64,000 nt of DNA from the NCBI RefSeq assembly GCF_009914755.1, contig NC_060948.1, one strand, 5' to 3'. A program made the translations under genes and the position numbers. Of the stretch, positions 46,528-64,000 are shown in pieces; the first letter of the stretch is position 1, and each line of letters starts with the position of its first letter. Origin of the DNA: the human T2T-CHM13v2.0 reference genome, Homo sapiens. The notes beneath the pieces were generated by a model that saw only the letters and a list, made by a program, of their open reading frames with translations, did not search any database and was not told the DNA's origin.

Positions 46528-48302
46528 GACAGAGGGTTGCTCTGTTGCCCAGGCTGAATGCAGTGGCATCATCTCAGCTCACGGCAACCTCTGCATCTTG
46601 GGTTCAAGTGATTCTCCTGCCTCAGCCTCTCAGGTAGCTGATATTATAGGCATGCACCACCATATAGTATGATGTACACTTGAACCATTGAGTGAATGGC
46701 TATTAATAACTCCTAAATGAATGGGGAGAAATTATGTTTTCCCACTTTACATCACAAGAGAATATAAATTATCCCATGTGATGGAAATGCAGACTTTGAA
46801 ATCCAGCAAATATTTGGTAAGCTAGCACTAAATTTAGAGCTCAGATGCCAACAAAGACTCAGAAAATCCATGTATTTTATCAGTTGTTTTCCAAAAACTG
46901 ATAGTGACACATACTTTTAACGTAGCTAAATGATAATTGTGTAACAAAAAAACTCTATTAATAATTTTTAAATTACAATACTTCCAAAAGTACATATGTC
47001 TGAAACCCAAGGTGGACTTATAATATAGGAGTTGTTCAAACAGGATTTGTTGATTCTGATGAAGGCAGTAGCACATAAAATACAAATACTACTGTCATTC
47101 TTTAGTAAGTGCATATAATTACAAGAAGGTATCCTAGATTATTCTTTCTATTTTTGTCAACATGACATATACATTATAACATTTTGGAAGTTTGTTATAT
47201 AGGGAGGGGATGATTTGGTTTCTGGTGACTTGGCTTTTAATGGTGAAATTAATAAAACATCAATCTTGGATTAACCTTGTTTTAGTCCCTTTATGCTGCT
47301 TCAACAAAATACCACAGAATGGGTAATCTATAAACAAAAATTGATTGTTCACAGTTTTAGAGGGTGGAAGTCCAAGGTCAAGGTGCTAGAAATTTGGTCT
47401 CTGTGTCAAAGATGGTATCTTGTTGCTGGATCATGGCCAAGAAGCCCCAAATCCCCCATTCCAAACCCTCAAAACTTTATTCAAGCCAGCTAATAAGCCT
47501 ACCAATCTGTCTTAAAGTTATTGACACTTCCCCAAAAATAAATAAAAGGAGACTCAGAGAAGAAAAGGCAAAAGATAATTTTCAAAAAGCACATGGATAT
47601 GTGTTTCCCAAGCAGTATGCAATAAAATAGCTATTTGTTATAATTTCCACATGGTAATTGCAGTCACACAACTGAGTATATACACATATTAACAAGATTG
47701 TCCCACTGTACTTAGTTGTCTCATCACCATTATCAAAAGGAATGCCCTTGAGACTCCATATGTATCAATATGTCAAACTACTGTTAGTCAAAAACAAACT
47801 TATCAAACCTACATAAAGTAAGACCAGTAAAGTAAAAGAAAGGGGATGTAGCAGAAGGAGATGAGGAGGAAAAGGTTCTTAAGTTCGTATCTATAGTAAC
47901 ATCCTGTTTTCCTATGGCTAATCTTTTTACTTACATTGTTGAAAAATTAACATATTCACATGGGTCAAAAATAAAAAGATAAAAGTCTGCCATTCCTATC
48001 CCTAACTTCACAGTCTCCATAACAATCTACAAACATTTTTTTACCAGTTCCTTAACTGTCCTACTATACTTTATGCATCTGTAAGCAAGTCTGAATGTAG
48101 TTTCTTATTTCCTGTTCATGCATTACACATAAGATTAGACTTACACTCCTAAATTAAGCAAGCAGGTCATATTACACACTTGCACATTACCTGACTGGCC
48201 CCCCGCATTGGGTTTTCTTCTCTCTCTCCTCTTGACCAGTAGCCATCAGGCAAAGTTTGTGTTATGCATGCCAATAATAAAAATCATATTTAGCTGGTTT
48301 AA

Positions 48303-48716
48303 ATATGGTTTGAATATGGTCAGTTCTTCCCACCAAAACTCTTGGAAATTTGAACCCCAGTGTTGGAGGTGGGACATAATGGGAAAGGTTTGGGTCATGA
48401 CAATAGATCCCTTATGAATGGTTTGGTCCTGTTCTTGCAGTTGTAAGTTCTTACCCTTGTTTCACAAGATTAGTTTTTTGTAGAAACAGATTTGTTAAGC
48501 TGAAACACTCCTTGGGATTTGCCTCTTTACACTCCCTGTTTGACCTCTACAATCTCATAATGCTGCACAAAGCCCTCTTCTGAAGCTGAGATACCAGAGC
48601 AAGCCTTCATGAACAGCCTGCGGAACCATGAGCCAAAAAACCCCCACACCTATTTTCTTAACAAACTACCCAGTCTAGAGTATTCTTTTATGACAGTATT
48701 AAGTGGATGAAGACAG
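48303..48716 (+). mobile_element. MST/MLT1A-type MaLR LTR
   Basis: ATATGGTTTGAATAT..CCCACCAAAACTC..CCCCAGTGTTGGAGGTGGG ... AACTACCCAGTCT..TATTCTTTTAT. Confidence 0.8.
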
Positions 48717-48952
48717 ATGTGTAGAGTACAGCTTACTTTGTTTAATCCTTAACACAACCCCTTAATGCACTCAATTTTTATATGAATAAACTGAAAGTCA
48801 AAGAGTTTACAAAACTTGCCCAAGATGTGCTGCTAAATGAGGACCAGCTGGTCTATAGGACTGACAGCATGTTTGAAAATATAAAAATATGAGTCTTTGT
48901 ACAACTTGCAGGGAAATAGGTAATAAATGAATAAAGTTTATCAGTTTTAATA

Positions 48953-49266
48953 TTTCTTTTTCTTTTCTTTTTTTTTTTTTTTGAGATGGAGTCTTGCTCT
49001 GTCACCCAGGCTGGAGTGCAGTGGCACAATCTCAGCTCATTGAAACATCCACCTCCCAGGTTCAGGTGATTCTTTTTCCTTCAGCCTCCTGAGTAGCTCA
49101 GATTATGGATGTCTGCCCCCATGCGTGGCTAATTTTTTTTGTATTTTTAGTAGATATGGTGTTTTACATGTTGGCCAGGCTGGTTTTTGAACTCCTGACT
49201 TCAAGTGATCCATCTGCCTCAGACTCTGAAAGTGCTGGGATTATAGGTGTGACCCACCCCAACTGT
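48953..49266 (-). mobile_element. AluS
   Basis: T tail plus two-arm antisense Alu. Confidence 0.92.
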
Positions 49267-49384
49267 CTAGTATTAGTTTCTAGCACCCGTTTTTTTTAAC
49301 TTCAGCACCTCCAAAGTCACATTTCTGCTAGCTTTGGGTACAAAATGGTTCTCACTCTTGGTTATATATTGAAATCTCCAGGAC

Positions 49385-50525
49385 AGCATAAGATACACAG
49401 ACACTGGGGCCTACTTCAGAATGCAGGGTGAGAGGAGAGTGACGGTAAAAAACTGTCTATTGGTTCCTACACTGATTACCTAAATGATGAAAAAATCTGT
49501 ACACCAAAACACTGAAACACCCAATTTACCTATTTAACAAACCTATACTTGGACCCATAAAGCTAAAATAAAAGTGAAAAAAATGGCAAGCAACAGGCAT
49601 ATGAAAAGGTGCTCAACATGATTGATCACCAGAGAAATACAAATCAAAACTACAGTAAGATATCATCTCGCCCTGGTTAAAATATATCCAAAAGACAGGC
49701 AATAACAAACACTGGCAAGGATGTGTAGAAAAGAGAATCCTTGTACACTGTTGGTGGGAATGTAAGTTAGTGCATCCACTATGGAGAACACTTTGGAGGT
49801 TTCTCAGAAACCTAAAAATAGAGCACCATATACTACAGCAATCCTACTGCTGGGTATATACCCAAAGAATGGAAATCAGTATATTGAAGAGTATCTGCAT
49901 CCCTGCATCCGTATGTTTTTCACAGCACTATTACAATGGCCAAGATTTGGAAGCAACCTAAGAGTTCATCAGCAAATGAATGAATAAAGAAAAGCTGGTA
50001 CATATACACAGTGGAATATTATTCAGCTATTAAAGAGAATGAGATCCAGTCATTTGCACTAAAGTCAATGGAACTGGAGATCATTCTGTTAAGTGAAATA
50101 AGCCAGGCACAGAAAGGCAAAATTTATATGTTCTTATTCATTTGTGGGAGCTAACAATCAAAACAATTCAACTCATGGAGGGAGTAAAATGATGGTTACC
50201 AGAGGCTGGGAGGGGTAGTAGAGAGCTTGTGTGGTGGGGAGTTGTGGATGATTAATTGATTAAAAAATTTAGAAAGAATGAATAAGACCTAGAGCTTGCT
50301 AACACAAGGTGACTATAGTCAAAAATAATTTAATCATACATTTTGCAACAACCAAGAGTGTAATTGAATTGTTCTTAACAAATGGATAAATGCTTTAAGT
50401 AATGAATACTCCATTTATCCTGATTTGATAATTATGCTTTGCATGCCTGCATCAAACCGTCTCATGTACTCCATAAATATATATATCTACTATGCACCCA
50501 CAAAAATTAAAGGTAAAGTTCTTTT
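49385..50525 (+). mobile_element. Old L1PA 3' tip (49385-49583) abutting an L1MA 3' end (49584-50525)
   Basis: AGACACTGGGGCCTACTTCAGA..AATCTGTACACCAAA; CAAGATTTGGAAGCAACCTAAG, GAAAGAATGAATAAGACCTAG. Confidence 0.85.
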
Positions 50526-50637
50526 AAAAGAAGCATTTTTATTCCTACTTCATCACAAGGCAGCTTTACACTAAATTATGTTATTTAATAAATAAATAAA
50601 TACGTATTTATTATGCAATTTATATTAACTTTTATGG

Positions 50638-52344
50638 TGACAGAGCAGGAGCATTGCCATCATGGACAAACCTCTCATTCTAAAGTTCATCTTAATAAAA
50701 AACCATCTAAATCCAAAGGGCATCAGCCTTATAGCTAAGGTCAACATGACCATAAACCACAAATAACATCTCCAACCAGAAACATTCCAAACTCCTCCCC
50801 ATCCAGAGACATGTTAGCCCCTACGTAAGCCTCCTCCATCCAGGAAGATGCCAGCCTCGAGTTAAACCCCTCTGGGCTGGTAAGATGTCTGCCCCAAGAA
50901 AACCTCCCCTCCTCCCAGAGAGATTCCAACCCCACCATAAACTTCTCCACACACATAAACATTCCAAGCTTCTAAGCTCCCCCACCCTAAAACCAATATA
51001 TACCCTTAGTGTGTAACAGAAAGGGCTGCTGATTGAAATTGGCCAGGGGCACCTCTCAGGTTTTAACTAAAGAAAACCTGTCTTTGGGTCTTGCTCTGTT
51101 GCCCAGGCTGGAGTGCAGTGCACGATCACAATTCACTGCAGCCTTAACCTCCTGGGCTAAAGTGACCCTCCTGCCTCAGCCTCCCAAGTAGCTGGGACTA
51201 CAGTCATGGGGCACCACCATGACTGGCTAATTTTTCTTTTTTAGCAATTTTTTGCAGAGATAGAATCTCATTATTTTGCCCAGGATGGTCTCACACTCCT
51301 GGCTTCAAGTGATCCTCCCACCTCTGCCTCCTAAATCCCAGTTTGTGCTGGGATTACAAACATGAGCTTGTAATCAGACAATACTTGTGCTGAGACAATA
51401 TAGGACCAGAAGGCCTGCACCTGATCTTCTGATCTTATATTCTCTTAGCACAGCTATTGTTTGATTTCTGTGTTACAGGTAACTAACATGTTGATGTTGC
51501 CCGTTGCTGTTAGTTCAGCCCCTCTAGGAAGCAGATACTGTGATGGAATTAGGAGTACAAGAAATTTATTGGGGGCTAATGGCTGTGACAGAAGAAGGTA
51601 GAGGAAACAGGACTGGGCAACAAAATTCTTCACACCTCCATGCAGATTAGACACTTGTGAAAGGAAAGAAAGAGAAGCAGAACTGGGCAACAGGAGCTTC
51701 AGACCATGCTGTGGATCTGCATAAGTCTCTGCCAATGCAACAAGGAGCTCTGGAACAAAGACTACTCATTAGAGGAGTCTCATGCTGGGCAGACAGGGCC
51801 ACACCCGAGCACTCCCAGCTTGTACGATATTGGCCTGGGGGCTACCCAGGAAGAGATGGGCCTCAGATCAAAAATATGGCATATCTAGAAGATGCTGCAG
51901 CTAGAGGCTGTCGGCCAACTATACTCCTTGCAGCTCAACAGTGAATTTCTCTCTTAAAGGGAGATCTTCGCAGCACACCTCTGCAGCTGTCATGTGATCC
52001 AAATCTCTTATTCCATGCTAGCTTTCACTATAGAATAGTGGCCAGAGAGTTTGATACCTGCTTTCTGAGCCTCCCTGACAACTGGAATGACTATGTGACA
52101 CAGTTCTGGCTAGTGGGGATTCTGAGAAGCTAACTGGATAAAAAGACAAAGTCTTATGCGAAGAAAGCACACACTCACACACACACCAGTTATTTGTTTT
52201 CTAAATTTGAATGTAGTCTTGATACCTGGAGGGGCAGCCATCTTGCAGGCAAGAGGCGATAAGCAAAAGTGCTGAAGGATATAGTTCCTTGATAACATTA
52301 ATGAGACTGCTCTCTTCTTGGTAAATAAATAATATGTTATTAAC

Positions 52345-52375
<31 letters not shown>

Positions 52376-52433
52376 CTGTCTTTGACTGCCAAGCTGTGTT
52401 TCGTGTTTCTTTCCTCTTTCTTCAAATTTTACA
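50638..52433 (+). mobile_element. LTR19A-like solo LTR (~498 bp), split by a 1.28-kb retroposed insert
   Basis: TGACAGAGCAGGAGCATTGCCATC start, ..TTTTACA end, 5-bp TSD TATGG (50633-50637, 52434-52438); halves 50638-51086 and 52385-52433. Confidence 0.85.
51087..52366 (+). other. L1-mediated retrocopy of a non-coding RNA 3' end: antisense AluJ (51087-51367), unique spacer, LTR16-like (~51505-51995), MLT1 (~52040-52344), poly(A)
   Basis: Perfect 18-bp TSD AAAGAAAACCTGTCTTTG (51069-51086, 52367-52384), AATAAA 52324-52329, A16 tail from 52345. Confidence 0.9.
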
Positions 52434-52661
52434 TATGGTTATTCTATTAATTATTTGGTTTTGGAAAAAACATTCTAATCACCTTTTTTTTTCTCCTCAT
52501 GATGGGTGGTTTTTGGAAGTAAAAATTAAAATATGGTCTAATACTAAATGAAAGATAGAACCAAAGTGAAAACTCAGAAACAAGAAGAAGAAGATGCTAG
52601 AGAAAATGAAAATTGTAGCACACTATTTCTATTCAAGAATAAGTGGATACTATTGGAGTGA

Positions 52662-52954
52662 TTTTTTTTTTTTTGAGGTGGAGTGTTACTCCATCACCCA
52701 GGCTGGAGTGCAGGGGACGATATGGGCTCATTACAACTTCTGCCTCCTGGGTTCAAGTGATTCTTCTGCCCTAGCTTCCTGAATAACTGGGATTACAGGT
52801 GGTGCCACCATGCCCAGCTAATTTTTGTATTTTTAGAAGAGACAAGGTTTCACCATGTTGGCCAGGCTAGTCTTGAACTCCTGACCTCAAGCGATCCTCC
52901 CATCTTGGTCACTTAAAGTGCTGTGATGACAGGTGTGAGCCACTGCTCCTGGCC
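52662..52954 (-). mobile_element. Alu (AluS/Jb)
   Basis: Antisense two-arm Alu; approximate TSD G(A/G)GTGATTTTT. Confidence 0.92.
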
Positions 52955-53824
52955 TATAAGGGTGATTTTTAAAGTAACTATTGCTATGAAATTCTGTTGT
53001 AAGGCAATGTTGCATCATCTCCAATCAACGTTAATAATACAGAATTTCTAAAATACCTGTAAGTATTATCCAAAGCAAATGAACTGGAACATTATAGTCT
53101 TGAAATCACAGGTGTCATTGCTATTTCGAGGTTGGTCTTGATGCTGAGATTTCAGAGACTCAAAGAATTGGCCCATCAGCAGTCATATGGCTGACATCTC
53201 TGTTACCTTTCTTCTGTTCAGTGGCATTTCTAACCATGGACTATAAGCTAGATTAGAGTTAGATTTCTTGTTTTTGTTGTTGTTGTTGTTGTTGGGCTGG
53301 CTGCACCTGCAAGTTAAGTTTCACTTATCCTTTTAGTTTTGGTTGGTTCCACTATCCATTCAAATTTGCCTTATTTGGTGTTCATACTGAGCACACAGTG
53401 GTCTGTTGACTCTCAGCAACTGCTCTTCAGTATGTTTAAAGTGTCCATCCCTTCAAACAAAACTGTCTCCTACCCCTTCCATCATTCTGGAATATGTTTT
53501 AGAATTCTCTCATTATTCTGATTATGTTGTTTTTGCCTGCATTGGAGCTGTAAATTTGTCATTATCGTCATTGACTGAATTGTATACAACTATTTATATT
53601 GTTTTAAAATTTGGAGTTTTTGGCAGGGAGGAAAGGAATGGTAGACCCATATCATAGTATTTACCAGTAGTAATCAGATAAAATCCTGAGGTGGTACCAC
53701 AGAGTTGTTCACATTTTTGTATTAATTTAGGATGTGTGCATGTAAATAAAGCATCCTAACCTGCTGCTTTTCCATCCTAGCTGTATGTAAATTAGTCTGG
53801 GGAGCGTTAGATTTGTATTTGTAT

Positions 53825-54130
53825 GTATAGTTGGTCTTCTTTAGTCTCAGGTTCTGCATCTGATTCGACTAGCTGTGGATTGAATATATTTAAAAACTCT
53901 CACAACTATAGAAAATAATACAAATTTTAAAACCAATACAGTATAACAATTATGATATCATATTTATACTGTATTAGATATTGTACATAGTCTAGAGATG
54001 ATTTAAATATGCATGTAAAGTGCATAGGTTACATGGGAATACTATAGCATTTTATATCAGGGACTTGAGTATGTACAATTTTTAGTTTTGCAGAAGGCTG
54101 ATTCTGCAGTCTTCCTAGTGGTGATGTAAA
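53825..54130. mobile_element. Tigger4/Zombi-like DNA transposon MITE
   Basis: ATACAGTATAACAA.., TCTAGAGATGATTTAAA, CATTTTATATCAGGGACTTGAG. Confidence 0.75.
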
Positions 54131-54434
54131 GATTAGAGGAACGTTTGCAAAGGGCACAAAGTATGTTCTCTGAAGGAACTGAATCTCGGTCAGCACTCAC
54201 ACTCAGGATGGACTTTGCCCAGTGCACATGGGCTACGACAAGAATGCACTTGACTTTTTTGGCACTGCATACATTTCAGTGCTCACAGTTAAGAGACTCA
54301 GTGCGGGTGGTAATGGCCATCCAGGTACTTGAGGATCCAGAAATTTTTGCCAGAACGGTGGGCCCATGAGAGCAAGAAGAACTGGAATTTGTGTGCTTAT
54401 GGCAATATTCTCTGCTTGATCTCACATACTGGGA

Positions 54435-54865
54435 AGTAAAATTTATAGAGACAGAAAGTGGAGTAGAGATTACCATGGTTTGAGAGTAAGGATGGAGGAA
54501 TTATTTCTTAATGCATAAAAAGCTTTAGTTTGGTATGTGAAACTTTTAAAAATAGTTGGTTACATTACACTGTTAATATATTTAATGCCAATGAATTGTA
54601 ACATTTCAAAATTAGCCTAGACCACATAGTGAGATCCTGTCTCAAAAAAAAAATTAGTTGGATGTGATGATGCATAGCTGTGTTCCTTGCTACTTGACAG
54701 GCTGAGGTGGGAGGATCATTTGTGTCCAGGACTTTGAGGTTGCAGTCAGTGATGACTGAACCACTGCACTCCAGCCTGAGGAACAGAATGAAGACCCTGT
54801 CTCTAGAAAAAAAAATGGAAGTTGTATATTTTGTTATGCATATTTTGCCACAATTAAAAATAATT
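54435..54865 (+). mobile_element. L1M 3' tip with nested AluJ/FRAM (54614-54815)
   Basis: AAATTTATAGAGACAGAAAGTGGA; GGCTGAGGTGGGAGGATCATTTG. Confidence 0.75.
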
Positions 54866-54964
54866 AGAAGTGCTTTTTTTTGTTCTTGTGTACTTTTTTT
54901 GGTTGTCAGACCTTTGAATTTGAGATGGCTATGTGTTTACATGCTGATATAAGAAGTGATACAG

Positions 54965-56330
54965 AGAGACAATCTACACTTTATCCAGTTTTCTTCAATG
55001 GTAACTTCTTGCAGAAGTACAGTATCATGTCAAAACCAGCATACAGACATTGATACAAAGTATGAACCAGTTCTATCACCACAGATATCCTTTATGTTGC
55101 CTTTTTAAGGTTACATCCACTGTCATTCCAATTGCAACTTCCTAACTCCTAGTAGCCACTATCTAGTTCATCATTTTTATAGTTATTTCATTTTTAGAAT
55201 TTTGTATGATGGGAATCTACATAGTATGCATATAATTGACTTTATTCACTTAGTATAATTCCCTGAAGATTCATTCATGTTGTGTGATTTACTAACTTGC
55301 TCCTTTTTATTGCTAATTAGTATTCCATTGTTTACATGTACCTGTTGTTTAGCTACTCACTTTGATAGATATTTAGGTTGTTTAAATTGTTCTGCTATTA
55401 TTAATAAAGGTGCTGTGAGCATTCTTGAACAAATATTTTTTGTGTTAAAATATGTTCTCATTTCTATGGCATAAATGCACCAAAATACATATGACTGCTG
55501 GGTAGTATGGTAGTTATATGCTTAGTTTGACAAGAAATTGCCAAAGTATATTATACTTTAGTGTGGCTCTACCATTATTCATTCCCCCTGGCAATGATTA
55601 ATACTTATTTCCTCTGCATTGTCAGCAACATTTGGTCTTGTTACTATTTTTTATTTTAGTTATTGTTGTAATAATGTTATTATGGCTGTAATTTGCATTT
55701 CTTTCTTGGTTAATGAGGCTGAATATTGTTACATTTCTTTTTTTTGTGTTTTTTTGTTTTAGCTTTTTCTATTTCATTTTTTTGTAACATCTTTTCACAT
55801 TTTTTGCCATTTATATATGCCTTTGATTAAATATGTTTTTAATGGCTTTTTCCAATTTTTGAATTGGATTTAGTTTTAAAACTGTTGAGTTTTGGCAGTT
55901 CTTTATATACTTTGGTTAATAGTTGTATATTAGGCTTGCGAAGCTATACTCCTAGTCTGTATCTTATCTCTTCATCTTCTTAATAAGGTCTTTTGCAGAG
56001 ACAAAGTTTTTGATTTTGCTATGTTTCACTTTATTGATTTTTTTTTCCTTTATGGCTCATGCTTTGGTCTCAAATAAAAATATCCCTGTATATCTGTAAA
56101 TTTGCAAGAATATCTTCTATCTTCTTTTTCTACAGGTTTTATGATTTTGTAGTCCACATTTGAGTCCATGATTTAAGATTTTTTTAATGTGAGGTGTGAT
56201 ATTTAGGTAGAGATTTTCTTTTCCTTTTACTTGTGATATCTATGCTCATTTGCTCCAGTACCTTTCTCCATTGAATTGCTTTTGTCAGAAATCAGTTTGG
56301 CCCACTTGTGCGAAACTACTTCTGGTGTAT
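54965..56330 (-). mobile_element. L1MB/MC 3' fragment
   Basis: CACTTAGTATAATTCCCTGAAGATTCATTCATGTTGT; TAATTTGCATTTCTTT; TTTTGCAGAGACAAAGTTTT. Confidence 0.75.
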
Positions 56331-57957
56331 AATTTGTTTTTAAGAGAAGGGGAAGTTTCTCATAACTGCCTGAATCAGGAGTCAGACCCTGTAGTCAGTG
56401 AGGAACAAGCTGTGCACTGCAGGGAAAGCCCCTTACTCTCTTTGTCCTCAAATTTCTTTTAGTTAAAATGAGGCAAATATAGTCTCTCAAAAATATCTTC
56501 CGTTTATGTCCCTGAACTGTAAGAAGAAGTTCCTTGGCATTTTGTTTGGGCTGGCCAGAGTTGGGGTTGGGGCTTTCTTATGGGACTAATGATGGGTCTG
56601 GCCCCCAGATATTTTGACGGGAGTTGTTTCTCACACTCCTGATCTGAGGAGTTAAGAAAACAATTCTTGTGACTCAATATTGTGCTAAATGACAGAGTTC
56701 CTGCACCAGTTCCCATTATTTTATGAGTGGCTTCTTCTATCCTGAGGATGTTTTGAGTCCAGCCTAGTAACACTTGGACTGCCCCAAACATTCATTTGAC
56801 ACACCCATGTGTAGGGCAGAAGACATCACATTCCATGTCTTCTTGATGCCACGTAGCTGGGAAACCATTAAGGTCACAGAAATGGGCAGAAATTGTTATA
56901 AAGTGAGCACTTTCACCACAGTCCCTCTTGTGATGGTGGTAGCTGAGATGATGGCCAAGTTCCTGGGCAGTAAGCTCCTGGCAGAGTCAAGAAGGACTGT
57001 CCTGGGCCAGTGCTCACTCAGGCCCCCTTTTTCCTGCCCTGCTCAGACAGCAGTCTCCCTTCTGCCCACACATCGGTCTCTCTCCGTGCTATTCCCTGCA
57101 GCCTCTTTTGACAAAGCAGATCTGCTGATGACAAGCCCTGCCTCACATTCCCGGTGGTGGCTTATCAGGGTGGCTCACACATTTTTCAGGAGGCTTCGTT
57201 TTGCCAAACCCATTCTCACCCCACCTGGATGGGGCTAGGGCAGGTCCCAGTCCATCTGGGACTGGCCCATCATGGCTCAAGCATCCTCCACTCCTTCCAT
57301 CCCCAGGGAGGAGGTTTGACGGGGACTTCTTCTCCTGTTGTACCTTCAACCCACTCTGCTGAAACCAACCCATCTGCATGAGCTGCACTTATTTACCTGG
57401 TGGCTCTTCCCCTGTACTAGCAACCTTGGGAACAGGGTCCCTGAAACTGGAGCTTCCAGACTGGTAGCATTTTGCCTATTTATGAGGCAGCATCTTGGAT
57501 ATACATATATGCACATTTTTTCCAGGGAGGAGATGGATAGCTTGTTTCAGATTCCCAAAGAGATTCAAGACCTAAAAAGAACTGCTGCCCATGGCACCTA
57601 TTCTCTGCATCCTTTCCTGGTGCATAATTAATATGCACAGGTCAGATAGTACTTGTCATTTCTGCCCATGATTTTGTCCATAGTTTCAGTTGGTGACATG
57701 TGCAGCAATGCACCTATACATCTTCTCATGCCCCAAAGAAAATGAGTTAACTGACTGTGAAAGTTGTTTATTTTTTGTTGTTTTTTTCAGGGGTGATACT
57801 TAATGCAAAATAAGGTAGGTGATAAAATACTTTTGCTCTTATCTTAGAAGATGAGTGGGGTACTTTCTACATCTGGGCTCCAATAGAAAAGGAGGAACTT
57901 AATTTTGCAGTATTTGAAAACCTCAAGTTGAGATTACAGAACTCAAAAGATTGTGTT

Positions 57958-58480
57958 GCTTTTCTGCTTCCCTTCTTCCCTCCCTCCCTCCCTTCCTTCC
58001 TTCTCTCTTTCTTTTCTCTTTCTTTCTTGCTTTCTTTTCTTTCCTTTTCTCTATTTCTTACTCTCTCTCTCTTTCTGTCTGTCTCTGTTTCTCTTTGTCT
58101 TTCTCTCTTTCTCTTTCTTCCTTCCTTCCTTCCTTCCTTCCTTCCTTCCTTCCTTCCTTCCTTTCTTTCCTTCTTTCTTTCTTTCTTTTCCTTCTTTCCT
58201 TCTTTCTTTCTTTTTGGTAGGAGAGGGGAATGCGATCTCTCTTTGTCACCCATGCTGGCATGCAGTGGCCAGATCATAGCTCACTCCAGCCTGGACTCAA
58301 ACAATCCTCTCACTTCAGCCTCTCAAAGTACTTGAGGCGCAAGTGCATGCCAGCTAATTATTTTGTAGAGACAGGAGTCACTCTGTTGCCCAGGCTGGTC
58401 TCAAACTTCTTGGGACCAGCAATTCTGCCTCAGCCTCCCAAAGTGCAGGAATTGCAGGTGTGAGCCATTATATATGTCCT
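57958..58480 (-). repeat. ~255-bp polypyrimidine microsatellite ((CCTT)n, (CT)n, (CTTT)n) forming the tail of a degenerate AluJ (~58205-58480)
   Basis: Directly visible repeats; AluJ motif GATCATAGCTCACTCCAGCC. Confidence 0.9.
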
Positions 58481-61066
<2,586 letters not shown>

Positions 61067-61070
61067 GTCC

Positions 61071-64000
<2,930 letters not shown>

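Noticed and set aside
45991-46672. 193-aa charged ORF (RKEG repeats) and PSFL-repeat ORFs, also at 57867-58335
   Set aside because: Translations of (CCTT)n microsatellites plus Alu

Overview
Primate (human-like) nuclear DNA, not microbial. The window is almost wholly interspersed repeats: about 23 Alu pieces, many LINE-1 fragments including one full-length but dead L1PA (38016-44157), and at least 12 ERV/LTR elements. The LTR elements include a solo LTR12C and an internally deleted HERV3/HERV-R-type provirus with a tRNA-Arg primer-binding site. No intact protein-coding gene is supported, and nearly all ORFs in the track come from repeats or microsatellites. The one recognisable gene remnant is a 5'-truncated EEF1A1 processed pseudogene (5886-6435, minus). 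I found no new multi-gene system. The best leads are structural: (1) a ~1.28 kb polyadenylated retrocopy of a non-coding repeat mosaic with a perfect 18-bp TSD; (2) an apparent gene-conversion tract between the proviral LTRs; (3) a short inverted copy preserving the empty LTR12C site; (4) a TSD-less, possibly chimeric full-length L1; (5) the EEF1A1 retrocopy replacing ~500 bp of its host L1. Subfamily names come from remembered consensus sequences, not a RepeatMasker run, and boundaries of old elements are approximate.
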